From positions 1 to 59,078 of the forward strand of contig NIVC01002682.1 in NCBI GenBank assembly GCA_002269645.1: a stretch of 59,078 nucleotides of DNA. The letters run 5' to 3'. How positions within the stretch are numbered: the first letter of the stretch is position 1; the number at the start of each line of letters is the position of its first letter. Positions 19,713 through 31,400 of the stretch are shown piece after piece. A program made the position numbers and the translations under genes. The notes below the pieces were generated by a model. The model had not been told where the DNA came from and made no database searches. It saw nothing but the letters and a program-made list of their open reading frames with translations. Origin of the DNA: Macrostomum lignano (lineage: Eukaryota).

Positions 19713-20936
19713 ACTAGAGCCCCCATTTACCCCAAAAAAGCCATTTTTGTGGGCATACAAACCCCTAAAAAGGTCATTAAAAACGTCTATCTAAAAAAAG
19801 TCATTCGACACGCAGACTTGTCAAGTTAAGCTCCTGTTTCTGCCACTGCACCTACGCTAGGTTTTATAGTAGAGAACTCATAAGCCTGAAAATTTATACA
19901 AGGCACGAAAAATTGCATACCCCCTCGCGCCAAACACTGGTTTTCCCCAAAAAATACAGACACTAAACATTCCCCAAACACTACAGAGATAGGAAGTTTT
20001 CATTTTTTCAGCACAAAAATTTACTGCTTTAGATAGGAGGCAGTTCCAGTGTTCATCTTTTGATATGTTGTGCCATTCTTATTGCTCTATCACTATTAAT
20101 AAAGCTTTTCATTTAGAAAATTAGTATTTTGTTGTTTTCTTTATTTTCTTATTTAATGTACATTTGCGCATGTCTTGTGCCTAAAAACCATTAAAATAGC
20201 ACAGCTCGGCTCTTTGGTTTTATGAGTCTATTTTCTCATTCTTAGCTGACTGCGTAAAAAATGTGCATAGCACAAGCTGCATAAATGATAAAATTGATTC
20301 CTAAAACCAATGATTTGGAGCTATGCAATGCATTATTATTATTTTTAGGTACAAGAAATGTATAACGAATAAAAAGTTAATATAGAATCCTAATTTTCTG
20401 AATGAAAAGCTTTATTAGCTTTTGTTATTATTCTCTTCCTATATAGGTTTTTACCATTGGTAACAATAAAAAATTATAATTTAAAAGTTATTTTGAATAG
20501 ATTAGACAATATTTCTTACTTGTTGATGAATTTATAAGAACCTATAGATCCTTCCTAGTCAGTTAAAAATCCTATTCACTTCAGTCTTAATAATTTAGAT
20601 CTCATTTGCTATTCTACTTGGCAAATTCTATCTTTATTCTATAATCATTATTTTATTATTTTTTTACTTGGTTTAAAGCCGAATAGTACATAGTTCCCAT
20701 CTGTATTAGATATGAAAGTATATTAAAGCAGCTAGAGATTTTTGCAGTCATTGTCTATAAAATTCTTGTGTACATGTTCGATGTTATGAACTAAATGCTG
20801 TTTTTTTACTCCTTTGAAGAGCCAAGGCACTGCATTGTGTGCATTGGGTGTCCATCTACATCAGTTATGATTAATTCCAATAAGTAATGATATAACAGCA
20901 CAAATAAACATCTTATCTTTTCTTCCAGCTCCAAGT

Positions 20937-21779
20937 ATGATTCGCCAAGAGCTCTACGAAGAAGTGAAATTGTATCGAAATACTCGAGAACGTGAAAAGT
21001 AAGTCTATTAAAAATGGCCCCATTCCCCAACCAACTGAGATGCTGTCACACAATTTTGGTATTATGAAGCCCCCCTATGCCAAAGCAGAGCTGGCCTTCT
21101 TTTACAAAATTTCTGATTGCTAAATTTTAATTAGAATATTGTCCATCTTGACTTTAGTAGACATGAGACTTGTTTTGACAATAACAATGTTTTTACTACT
21201 TTCAATTCTGTCAGATACGACAACCTAGCGGAACTGTACGCTGTGCTAAACACCCTGCAAAATCTGGAGAAAATGTACATTAAAGATTGCATCCCGGCTA
21301 AAGAGTACACAGCCGCCTGTTCTAAGCTAATTGTCCAGTACAAAGCAGCTTTCAGGCAGGTGCAATGCGACGAATATCCCGATTTGGAGACATTCGTAGC
21401 CCGCTACCGAATGAACTGTCCAGCCGCTATCAGTCGGATTAAAGAGGACCGACCAATCACTATTAAGGATGACAAAGGCAATACTAGCCGCTGTATTGCT
21501 GATATTGTGGCCCTGTACATCACCATAATGGACAATCTGCGATTGAATATGCTGTCCAAGGATCAATTGGATCCGAATCTGCGTGAACTGATGGAAACTA
21601 TGAATAGAATGTCAATGCTGCCGACTGATTTCGAGGGCAAAGCCAAGGTGAAAGAGTGGCTGGACGTGCTAGCTGGGCTAGGCGCGTCGGATGAATTGGA
21701 TGAAGCTCAGGCTCGACAGATGGTGTTCGACATGGAGAGCGGCTACAATGCGTTCAATAGGATTCTGCACAGTTCTTAA
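20937..21779 (+). CDS. VPS28: ESCRT-I subunit VPS28; exons 20937-20998 and 21215-21779
   Basis: [21 protein letters not shown]|[10 protein letters not shown]...[17 protein letters not shown]...[16 protein letters not shown]...[10 protein letters not shown]. gtaagt/tcag intron in phase 2. An extra acceptor at 20927-20928 means an upstream exon or trans-splice is possible. Confidence 0.95.
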
Positions 21780-22491
21780 ATCCATCTATTCGGTCTATTT
21801 GTCGGCTTTCTAGATGTGTTTTACTGAAGAAAAACAATATAATAAACCAAATTTATTCTGATTGACTGATTGATTTATATAATTGACATATTGTTTGATG
21901 TTGTACTTTAAGTAGTAAACGTAGTAAAACATCTGCAAGAAAACTATATATTTTCAAAATAAAGTAAATTTCTTTCTGTTATGTTCGTTATACGCTACTA
22001 AACCGTAAAATCAGTAGTATGAATAATGTTTTATTCTAGCTCGTATGGGATATTTTCCGTTTGTACCCTGTACTATAAAAATTAAATTGGCAATGTGACG
22101 TGAATAAAGATCTGATTTAAATACTAAGCTTTTTTGTGTATTTTTATGTACAAAAAAACAAATTATATTGTGATTATAAGTCACTTGAAAGCATGTTTTA
22201 CTACTAAATAGTTTTGTATTATTTTTTTATTTAGTACTCATAGTAGTTGATTTAGTGCTAGGTAAATAATTTAAATTAGAAACACTTTTCTAGTAATATT
22301 TCAATATGATAATTTTGTATTAAACTTAACTTTACCTTTACCTTTTCTGATTATTCTACCGACAGTTGCGGTAGTCAGTGCATTTTTAGCTAGATGAATG
22401 GTGTAAACAATCATTTATAATAACTCTAACTAATTCGATTTGACCCATGTTGTAATAAAACCGATCACCAAAGTGAAAACAAATAGTGGGC

Positions 22492-25400
22492 ATGAAGACA
22501 GTATCTCGCCCGCTGTTGCGGGTGAAAATTGACGAATTATTTCTAAGATGGTTCACCGAAGAGGCTACAATGTCTGTGCTGAGAGAAAATCTGCAACAAT
22601 TATTAGAAGGCGAATCTCTAGCTGCTATGCTTGCCGTTGCTGAGCCAACGCCTACGCTTGGCCCGCATCAGCACGCAGCTGGCGGCATGTTGACGTCGCC
22701 TAGGCCTCAGACTCCGCCGCATCATCATCTAAATACGCCTGGCGGCCTTAGATCCTATAGTCCTAGGTCGCCAAGGCGACAGGCGCCGATTAAGAATGGC
22801 GGCAATGGTAGTAGCAGCGGTGGAGTATCGCCTAGAAGAGCTATGGTGAGCTTTTTGATTTCTTATCAATTTGGGTTGTTTTTTGCGTGATTTTCACATT
22901 TTACGAATGTTTTTGGTGAATAATAAGAGCTTAGGTATGATCAGTTTGGCCAATCAACACTGGTTGGTTGTGATTTGGTAGGGGTACAGAGGGACGAAGG
23001 GCTTAGCCAATCAGCACTGAGTTATTATTTGGTAGGGGGTAGAGAGGGACGAAGGGTTTAGCCAATCAGCGCTAGGGTGTGATTTGGAAGGGGTAGAGGG
23101 GACGAAGGGCTTAGCCAATCAGTGCTGGGGTGTACTTTGGTAGGGGGTAGAGTAGGATTAGATGTTTAGCAAATCAACGCTAGGGTGTTATTTGGTAAGG
23201 ATGAGTTCGACTGTGTCAAAACTTAAGGTACTTTAATCGACGTATGCCAAGCTGTTGCAAGCTTATTTCTAAATAATTGAATGTTTTATTGCAGTGTTGG
23301 ATCAATATTTTTATAGTTTCTATAGTGCCATCACTGCTATGTACATATTCTCGATGTGTAATTCAAAATCCAAGAGAAACGCTATACAGTAACAAAATAT
23401 TTTGTTTATGATTTATGAGCAAAAAATTTTCATTAATAGACTGAAACAGTTTTTACGCAAAATGTCAATTGACCGTGTAATTTTTTCCACTGCTTTTTAG
23501 ACGAAATGAAATTACTGAAAAATATATACTGACTGTAATTGGTGGCAAAAAATGCGTGTGAATTTTTGTTCGTAGGATGGACATTTTTATGGCCTATTTT
23601 TATAAAACCCAATCCAAACGAGTATACATTCGAATTTAAGGATTTTATATCTCCCCCTCGCCTCTCTCGTGATAATACTTCATGAGCCAACTCCATCGGG
23701 AATAAAAACGTAGGTAGTAAACGAATAGAAAATCCTAACATTTTTTCGTGAACTTAACTCTGTTACTCAGGTCCGCCATTTTTTTCACAGCTCAAATGCT
23801 CAGCCAGGCGCCAGACACAAGCTCTTTATTTTTAGCTGTAGGCACCCCGCAAGGGCAGGCCCCCCGCAGCGCACTACCAACCTCTATATATATCGTTACT
23901 TAATTTATATTTGTCCAGTTCAGTCTAAGTATAATAAGGGGGTAGGAAGTGGAATTGAGGGGCTGTCTGGGGTGGGGGTGCTGCGGCAGGGGCTGTTGAA
24001 GAGATCGGAGTGTCTCGCGCGGCGCTTGAACAGGAAGCCGGGCTGAATGGGGGTGTCAGATTGCATGCCTGCTACCCCCCGCTGTTATTTTGGTCTTGTA
24101 CAATGTACACTCTACACTGTGGGGTCTGTGTACATTGTTGCCCCACCTCCCTAACCGAGAGCGCTCCTGAAAGTTTTTGGTTTTCTTACCCCTCCCCGCG
24201 AGTGGCCTGTTCAAACGCCTCAATTTTTCTGACCAGGCTATCAGGCGGAGTGCACGATGAATCCATCCTCTCCCCCTCCCCCCCACCTCCCTCACTCGTG
24301 CCATCGCATACTGGTTGGTTCGTGAAGGGAAGAGAGGAGAACAGGCAGGCCAAAGCAGAGAAGGAAAACGATGATCCAGAATTTTACCAAGGCGCCTCCG
24401 CAGCTGCTGTCCTTCCCCCCTAGCTCTACGGGTTTTCTTCTCTTTCTTTCTCTTGTTCGTTCATTCAGTTCAGTTCCTCCTCTCCCCCCCCCCTCCGCTG
24501 AATTCCGCGTGGCAAAAACATACTTACAGCTAGTTGTGCACAAGCTCGGAAGCAGAGAAAAAATATATTGCTAAGCAAGTCAAACTGGAGCACAGTATTT
24601 AAAGATATAGGTAGAAAGGCCAGTTTATGTTGTTTGCAGTCTATAAAATACATATAATTTAGTTACCGTTAGCTGGACAACTGCTGTACATAATATACTG
24701 TATACAAAAGAAAGAGAAAGGACCTCAACAAGCATGCACTCCACAGCTGGGCTACTGTTCTATTCGTGTTCCTTCGCTCTACTATGGCTATTAGACACGT
24801 CATCTGGTTCGATATTCGTACTGCCAGTACTATTTCCACTATTGGTATTCCAACTGACTATTGTTTGTCACATCTACTGCACGCTGGCTTGTAAAGCTCG
24901 CGGTTTCGTCTCGTCAGCGACAGGCGGTGGTTGTTCTTACCAGCAGGAGCAGCAATTGTTGCAACAACAGCAACAACTGCTAACAACTATAGATGAAGAG
25001 GCTGAGTCTGACTAGTCTTTGTAGACAAAGAATTTTCTATATTTGCCCTTTATTTGATAATTGCTTTCGATATCTATTATGTATCAAAATTTGCCACATA
25101 TATAACTTCTTTCTTTCCCTTAAATGAATATTCTGTTATTGCTGCCTCAGCTGATGTGTACACTTGCTTGTACACAATGCACAATGCTGCTTTTATCCAC
25201 TTCTGTGTAGGTCGTAGGGTGCGTTTTCTGTATCTAATTCTACCTTTATTTATTTAGCTTCATTAGATTTCGGGTTGTAGATCTCTTGGTTTCAATCATT
25301 TTTATAAATGTTATCCAAAAAGTTTTAAACGGAGCTCAAATTCACCCTGTACCACCGGTATGTAGTGAAATAACCGCGTAAATATTATTGAATAACGGAA

Positions 25401-28400
25401 CAATTGGCTTTTATTCAGATGTCATTTTTAGCACTCTTCTTGATGGATTACGAGCGTATTGCATTGGTTCCTATGCAGTCTTTTTTTAAATGTGTACTGA
25501 TTACTATATCTGTTCTGAGTCATTTTTTATTTCATTTTTATCACTGATTTGTGACGCTGTGGATGGCTTGTGAGTTCATCTTCATCATGTTTATTTGCTT
25601 TTTCTGACATGTATGAAGAGTAAGTTATTCTGAAAGATTTCCCCCTGAGCTTATAGACATTGTTGTTTTATTTTTTTGATTAATAATTTTTGGAATATTT
25701 GGTGACTGACTATACAAAGAACATTAAACAGGTTTTTAATGGGAAAATTATGGTTATAAATCAAAGATATGTTTTTAAAACTCAGAAGCTAAGTCTAACC
25801 GCCTTGATGCGGCTGTAAACTGTTCATTGTTCATTTAATCAACAGCTTTTCTGACTATATTCCTTTAATAAATTCTTGATAAAATTTTGTTCAGCGTTAC
25901 TAAATATCCTGCAGTCTACAAGCCTAAAAGTTAACCAAATCATCTCAGTTTAAACTACTTTATTAGTGTTCTCCATTTTAATAGGGATTATAGATTTTTA
26001 TGGCCCAATTTCCAGGTTAACTGTTTATATTTTTCTTTTATGCAATATAATGTTCAGCTGATACCATCTTTGCATTGTATCCTTCTAGTGCAGTGCTTCT
26101 TTTTATATATCAATCTACTATCTTGTCTTCGCACTTTACAGGTCTTTATTATTTCTCTTCTTGAACAGCCAGTGCAATTTCTGTAGGACAATCTGCTTCT
26201 TATCTGTGCTTTATTTGATGCAAGCTTGGCATAAAAAACCACTCTATGGGTATCATTACAGTGCGTGTTGTTTTTTAGTTGTAAATTAACAAAGACTGTA
26301 TATAAATATTTGAAATTCAATTCCATACCTAAGACTAAATGCTTACTGTAATGCTTCGCAAATCTACTGCCTACTTATGTCTCGTATTGCGAGTAGTTTA
26401 GCTTGTATCAGAAATTTTACTGAGTACACTACACATTGGTCATTTCACTTTATTTGACATCAAAATGCTTTTTCACTTGATTTTTTAACCAAATAAAAAT
26501 ATGCTATTCATGTCATGCTAACTGAAGAAACGCACACCAAAATGTGCAAAGTTGAGGAAATTTACTAGATTCTTTCTCCATTCATAGATCAAATGATTTT
26601 CGGCTTTTGTTTCATTTCGAACTTCCTTCACACAAATGGCCTGTCAACTTAAACTCATAAAGTGAAGCTTAAGTAACCTATGCACACAAATGATACGTCA
26701 GTCGGCTCACAGTGATACCAGATAGCTTGATTTGGCAAAAAGTGACCATAATTGGATCTGAGATAGGAGAGAACAAGTAAGGGGATAATTAGGGACTCCA
26801 ATTTATGAGACATACTCGTAATAGTCCCTAATTATCTCTGGTGTCACTTTGAGCAGAATAACGTATCATTTGTGTACATAGGTTACTTAAGCTTCACTTT
26901 ATGAGTTGAAGTTGACAGGTCCTTTTAGTTAACAGGTTCGATTAAAAGCTCAAAAAAAGTTAGGCAGCAATTTTTTTGCTCCGCAAGTTACTTTGAAACC
27001 AGCTAAAAGTATATTTAGCAAGAAAAAATGTCCCTATTATAAAGTATCTTTATATGTCCTTTGTAGCAAATGAGCTGCCCGGGCTTTAATGATCACTGCA
27101 CATAAAAAGTAGAAATTCGAGTCAGAGTTACACTGGCGTCTTAAGCTTCCCTTGATCTTGTGCGCACTTTGCATTTTTCTTACCTCTTATACATCAAATT
27201 CAGTTTGCGACTTTCTCATTCCCTAACGCTACCATTGCAGAGCGGAATTTTTCGCAGATAGTTTGGTAAGGTCTATACCGTCGGAAAGTTAAGATGCAAT
27301 TATATTTTTAGTGGCTTTTGCCTGCATTTCTCCTGCGATACACGCTGTCTTGCGTGTGCGCGCGACTTTCGCTGGAAGCCAGTGCCAAGAGCCAACTATA
27401 GTTCGTTCACCCTTGATCTGTAGGTTTAGAAACGACCCCACAAAATTGAATCTCACGATATTTGTACAGCCCGTAGCCAAATTCGTGCGGGGATTATTTC
27501 CTTCGGATAGAAATAAAGAGGGAAAGAGCCGTAGGATAGACTGCATTGCCTTTGCGCCTGAACGATCCTAGTGCGCATTTTGGGATGCCCATTTTCAAGC
27601 CTACGTCATCCAGCGTTTCTGTCGCTAGAAACGCTGCGTTCAAAATTTTCAGTCCTTCCTTTTCTATATCTGTGCCGGACGAATGTGCGGTGCGAATAAG
27701 CTAGTGAAACTTAAGTCTTTCGTACGGCATGAACGTATAGGGGATTAGTCGCTGTTTGCTGCAGTGTAGCCGCATTATACAAGCTTTATTCCCTTGGAGG
27801 TTCATTCCAATACTTTGCTTCAACGTCTGACTAAAACCTTTTCCTTCTATCTCCCAGTTTTTTCTGAACCAGCATCGAATGACGGCGCAGCGAGTGCTGA
27901 CGTACATACCCAGCTTTAATGGTCACTGGGTCTTAACCTCCCTTTCTGGCCTCCCACCCTCCGTTCCTCTCGTTTTACAGCATCTGACGGTGACGCAAAA
28001 CAGCCGACGCTTCCAAACGAACTGGTTTGGGAAGGATTTGGGCGATGTTTAGATGGCCTAGGGTTAGGAAGTGAGGGTAAAAGAGGGGATTACTGGAGGC
28101 AACAGTAGGTAGAGGAAACGCTTCGGTACGGATGGAAAGGGAAAGGTCAGTACGGAGTAGAGCGCCACGAATAGATATAGCCTGCATTGTGCCCCCGACC
28201 CCCTGTGCGTGCTGTTTTTGCCCACTTCCTCTTCACAGCTGGCAACCTCACTCCCGGATCCCAGCGCTTGACGGCATCTGCTGCCTCGCTTTTCCCTTCT
28301 GCAGCTAGATCGCAATGTCTATCTCCTAAGATTCTCACCTACAGAGTGAATTACGATTAGATTATTTAATTATATCTTTCAAAATATATTTACATAATGT

Positions 28401-31400
28401 CGCTATCTGTGAGCCCTGTTGGCTGCAGCCTAGTAACTAGCCGAGTTAGCGTCTACCACAGCTGTCGATTAGAAGTTGCAAGAGCTCGTTCAGTTCACGT
28501 CACAAACGGTTGTTGGGGATGCGGCGGCGTCCATCTCTCTCGGTGTCGTCGGCTAGCCGCGGCAACCGGTGCAACCATTGCCCCGGGCTCGGTCCCCGCA
28601 AACGCTCGCCCGCCGCAGCAGCCGCCTCATGTACACCAGCATCAGCATATGCAGCACCTGTATCCGTCGCAGCAGCAGCACCGAAATCAACAGCACGAAG
28701 TCACGCGCTATCACATGCTATTGCCGCCACAGTCGACTTCCTCTGCTCCTTCGTCTACTGCGACAACGCCGTCTGGTGCCGACGATGACGCGGCTTCGTC
28801 TACTTCGTCGATGCGTCGATTGGAGCTTGTCAGCGGTCGGCCGCCTAGTCCGTCATCGTCCGTGTCGTCAGCTGGCGGCATGGGCAGCGTTGGTGTTATT
28901 GGCGTCGGACCAGCAGGTAGCGGCACGCGGTTCCGTATTCGTCTCCATCCGCGCATGGGCCGAACAAGCGGACAGTTTGTACTGACTGGCGGTGACAAAC
29001 CCGTCACTGTACAATATTCTGTTGGCGGCCCGCCTTCAGTCCCACCGCAGTCGTCGCCATCGCCAACTCCGCTAAGTGTGCAAACCAGTGCCGGTAGTAG
29101 CGTCATCAGCGGCGGAGGCAACAGCAGTGGCGATCCGCAGAGTCCTAGTTTTGCTTCGCAGTTTCATGCCCGGCTTGAGTCGCCTATGACGGCCCCAGCG
29201 ATTGCTTCGCCTGGTGCGGGCTCCTCTCCTACGACTCCTCTGTCACCAGTACGCCGGCCGGAAGCTCTGTTGAGCGGTCCCGGGCCTCGTTTAGTGAAAG
29301 ACAAGCCCCTGGCTCTGCACGATGCTGGCACGCCGCCTGAAGTTGTTCGCATACCGCTAGGCGAAACGACCGACTCTACTAAACAGGCTGCTGCTTCAGA
29401 AACTAATGACACTACGCCAACGACATTCCCGACTCCGATACCTGTGCTCGTTGATGCACCGTCAGCTGGTTCGTCTAATGCAGATGCTGCCGAAGGTGGT
29501 CGTCTGACCTCAGATCGGCCGGATGTACTCAAGAATCTGCCTGACACTGTTGACTTGAGCGACGACGATAGTAATGCCGCTGCAGCCGCGGCTGCAGCCG
29601 CCGCCTCTGCCGCTGATACAACTTTGACAAAGGATGATTCTGTTACTCCAGTTAAATCTCCAACCGAACCAAAGCCACTAGAGGAAGTAGCGGAGCCTCT
29701 GGAGCCAAGTGTAGACAAAATCGAGCATGATCAACCATCGGTGAAGACTGTGGACACTGAAGATGACTCCGGCGCACCAGCTGTTGTTTCGTCTGAGATT
29801 GAAACCACTGGCAAAGACGACAGCGACGCAGTTATGGATAATGTCAGTTTGATGATTTTTAGCTTGCAACTTAGCAACTTTCAACTCATAATAATATTTA
29901 TTATGATTTTTTTGGGGGGGAGACGCTCGTTTTTATGCAGTTTCTATTCTTTTTTATATACTCGTACACTTTTATTTTCTCATTAAAACAGTCGGGCGAC
30001 TCCACCACTACCAAGGAGGCTTCTAATTCGCCGCAAACTTCGGCAACCTCGCCAACCGGCCCCTCTTCGCCAACTGCGACGGCTACTCCGTCTGAGGACG
30101 CCGCGTCAACCCCAGCCGGCCCGGTGGTGACGGCGCTATTGAAAGAGGCGGACTCGCTGCGCGGTCAGGACATTCCCAGATTCTACTTCCCCGATACTGG
30201 CCGAGTTTCTTCGGCCGCTCCCGCCGCTCCGGTTGATGATAGTCGATTAGTTCAGGCTTTAGATGAGATTCAAGGCCAAACTGTGACGCTGGCACAGATG
30301 GCCGACATTGCCAAAGCGATGGGCTATCCAAAGTTCTGGAAGCAGCCGCTGTTCTCAGCTGCTGGCGGCACAGAACAACGACCGGCTGCTAAAGACCGAC
30401 TGTTAACTTTGCGACGAGAGTTAACAAAAAATTTTCGCGACGATTCGTCCAGATTTGTGCACCTGTTGACCCGAGGCGCTAGGCAACACCTAGTGTCGGA
30501 CGACTTTCTGCCACTAGTACAGGACATTGTGGATTCGCATCCCGGCTTGAGCTTCCTACAGGAGGCGCCCGAGTTTCACGGTCGCTATGTGAATACAGTT
30601 ATTGCTAGAATATTCTACGAAGTGAACGCCTCTTGGACTGGTAGAATCACCTGTCAGGAGTTGCGCAGATCTAAATTGTTAGCAACTATAGCCTCGTTAG
30701 AGCTTAAAGACGATATTAATGAGGTTACAGACTTTTTCAGCTACGAACACTTTTATGTTATCTATTGCAAATTCTGGGACATCGACACGGATCACGATCT
30801 GTTCATTAGCAAGGAGGATTTGAGGCGACACAATAACTATGGTTAGTTTGCTCTGCTTTGTATGACTTTATTATTGTTTACATGAGACACTAAATAATGT
30901 TCTGGGTTTATAGTGCGACGCTAGCACGCCTCAGATACGACTCTACGGTCCGTGAGGCATTATAGAAGTGCCCCAGAGTCGCAGACAAATTTTGACGACT
31001 TTTACCGTGACATCTCGTCCTTTTAGTGTCGTCGAAAGTCACTTCTTTCTTATAGTATCTATTTTACCTACAACCGACTCTAGGGCGACGTAAGTGACTG
31101 GTACGCTTGTTAGCCTAGGGGGGGTACCGAATCGAATTAATACATTTCTACCGCTAAAACAAAATCGCTGCAAAAATTCAGGTCGCTACCTGCTTCAAAT
31201 GCCACCCGCCTCAGCATTGGCTTTGGCATTTTCGTTAGGCATTCCAGGTAACTGCAATTAGGAAATGTATATGCAGCAGCTATGCTATGGGAAAAAGAAT
31301 ACTCATGTTTGACTTTCAAAGTGCATCTTAACAGCATGCTGTTTATGTCAGAACATTCGTCAGAAGTAAACAAGTGCCTGCTCAAAAAAATGCACGAAAG

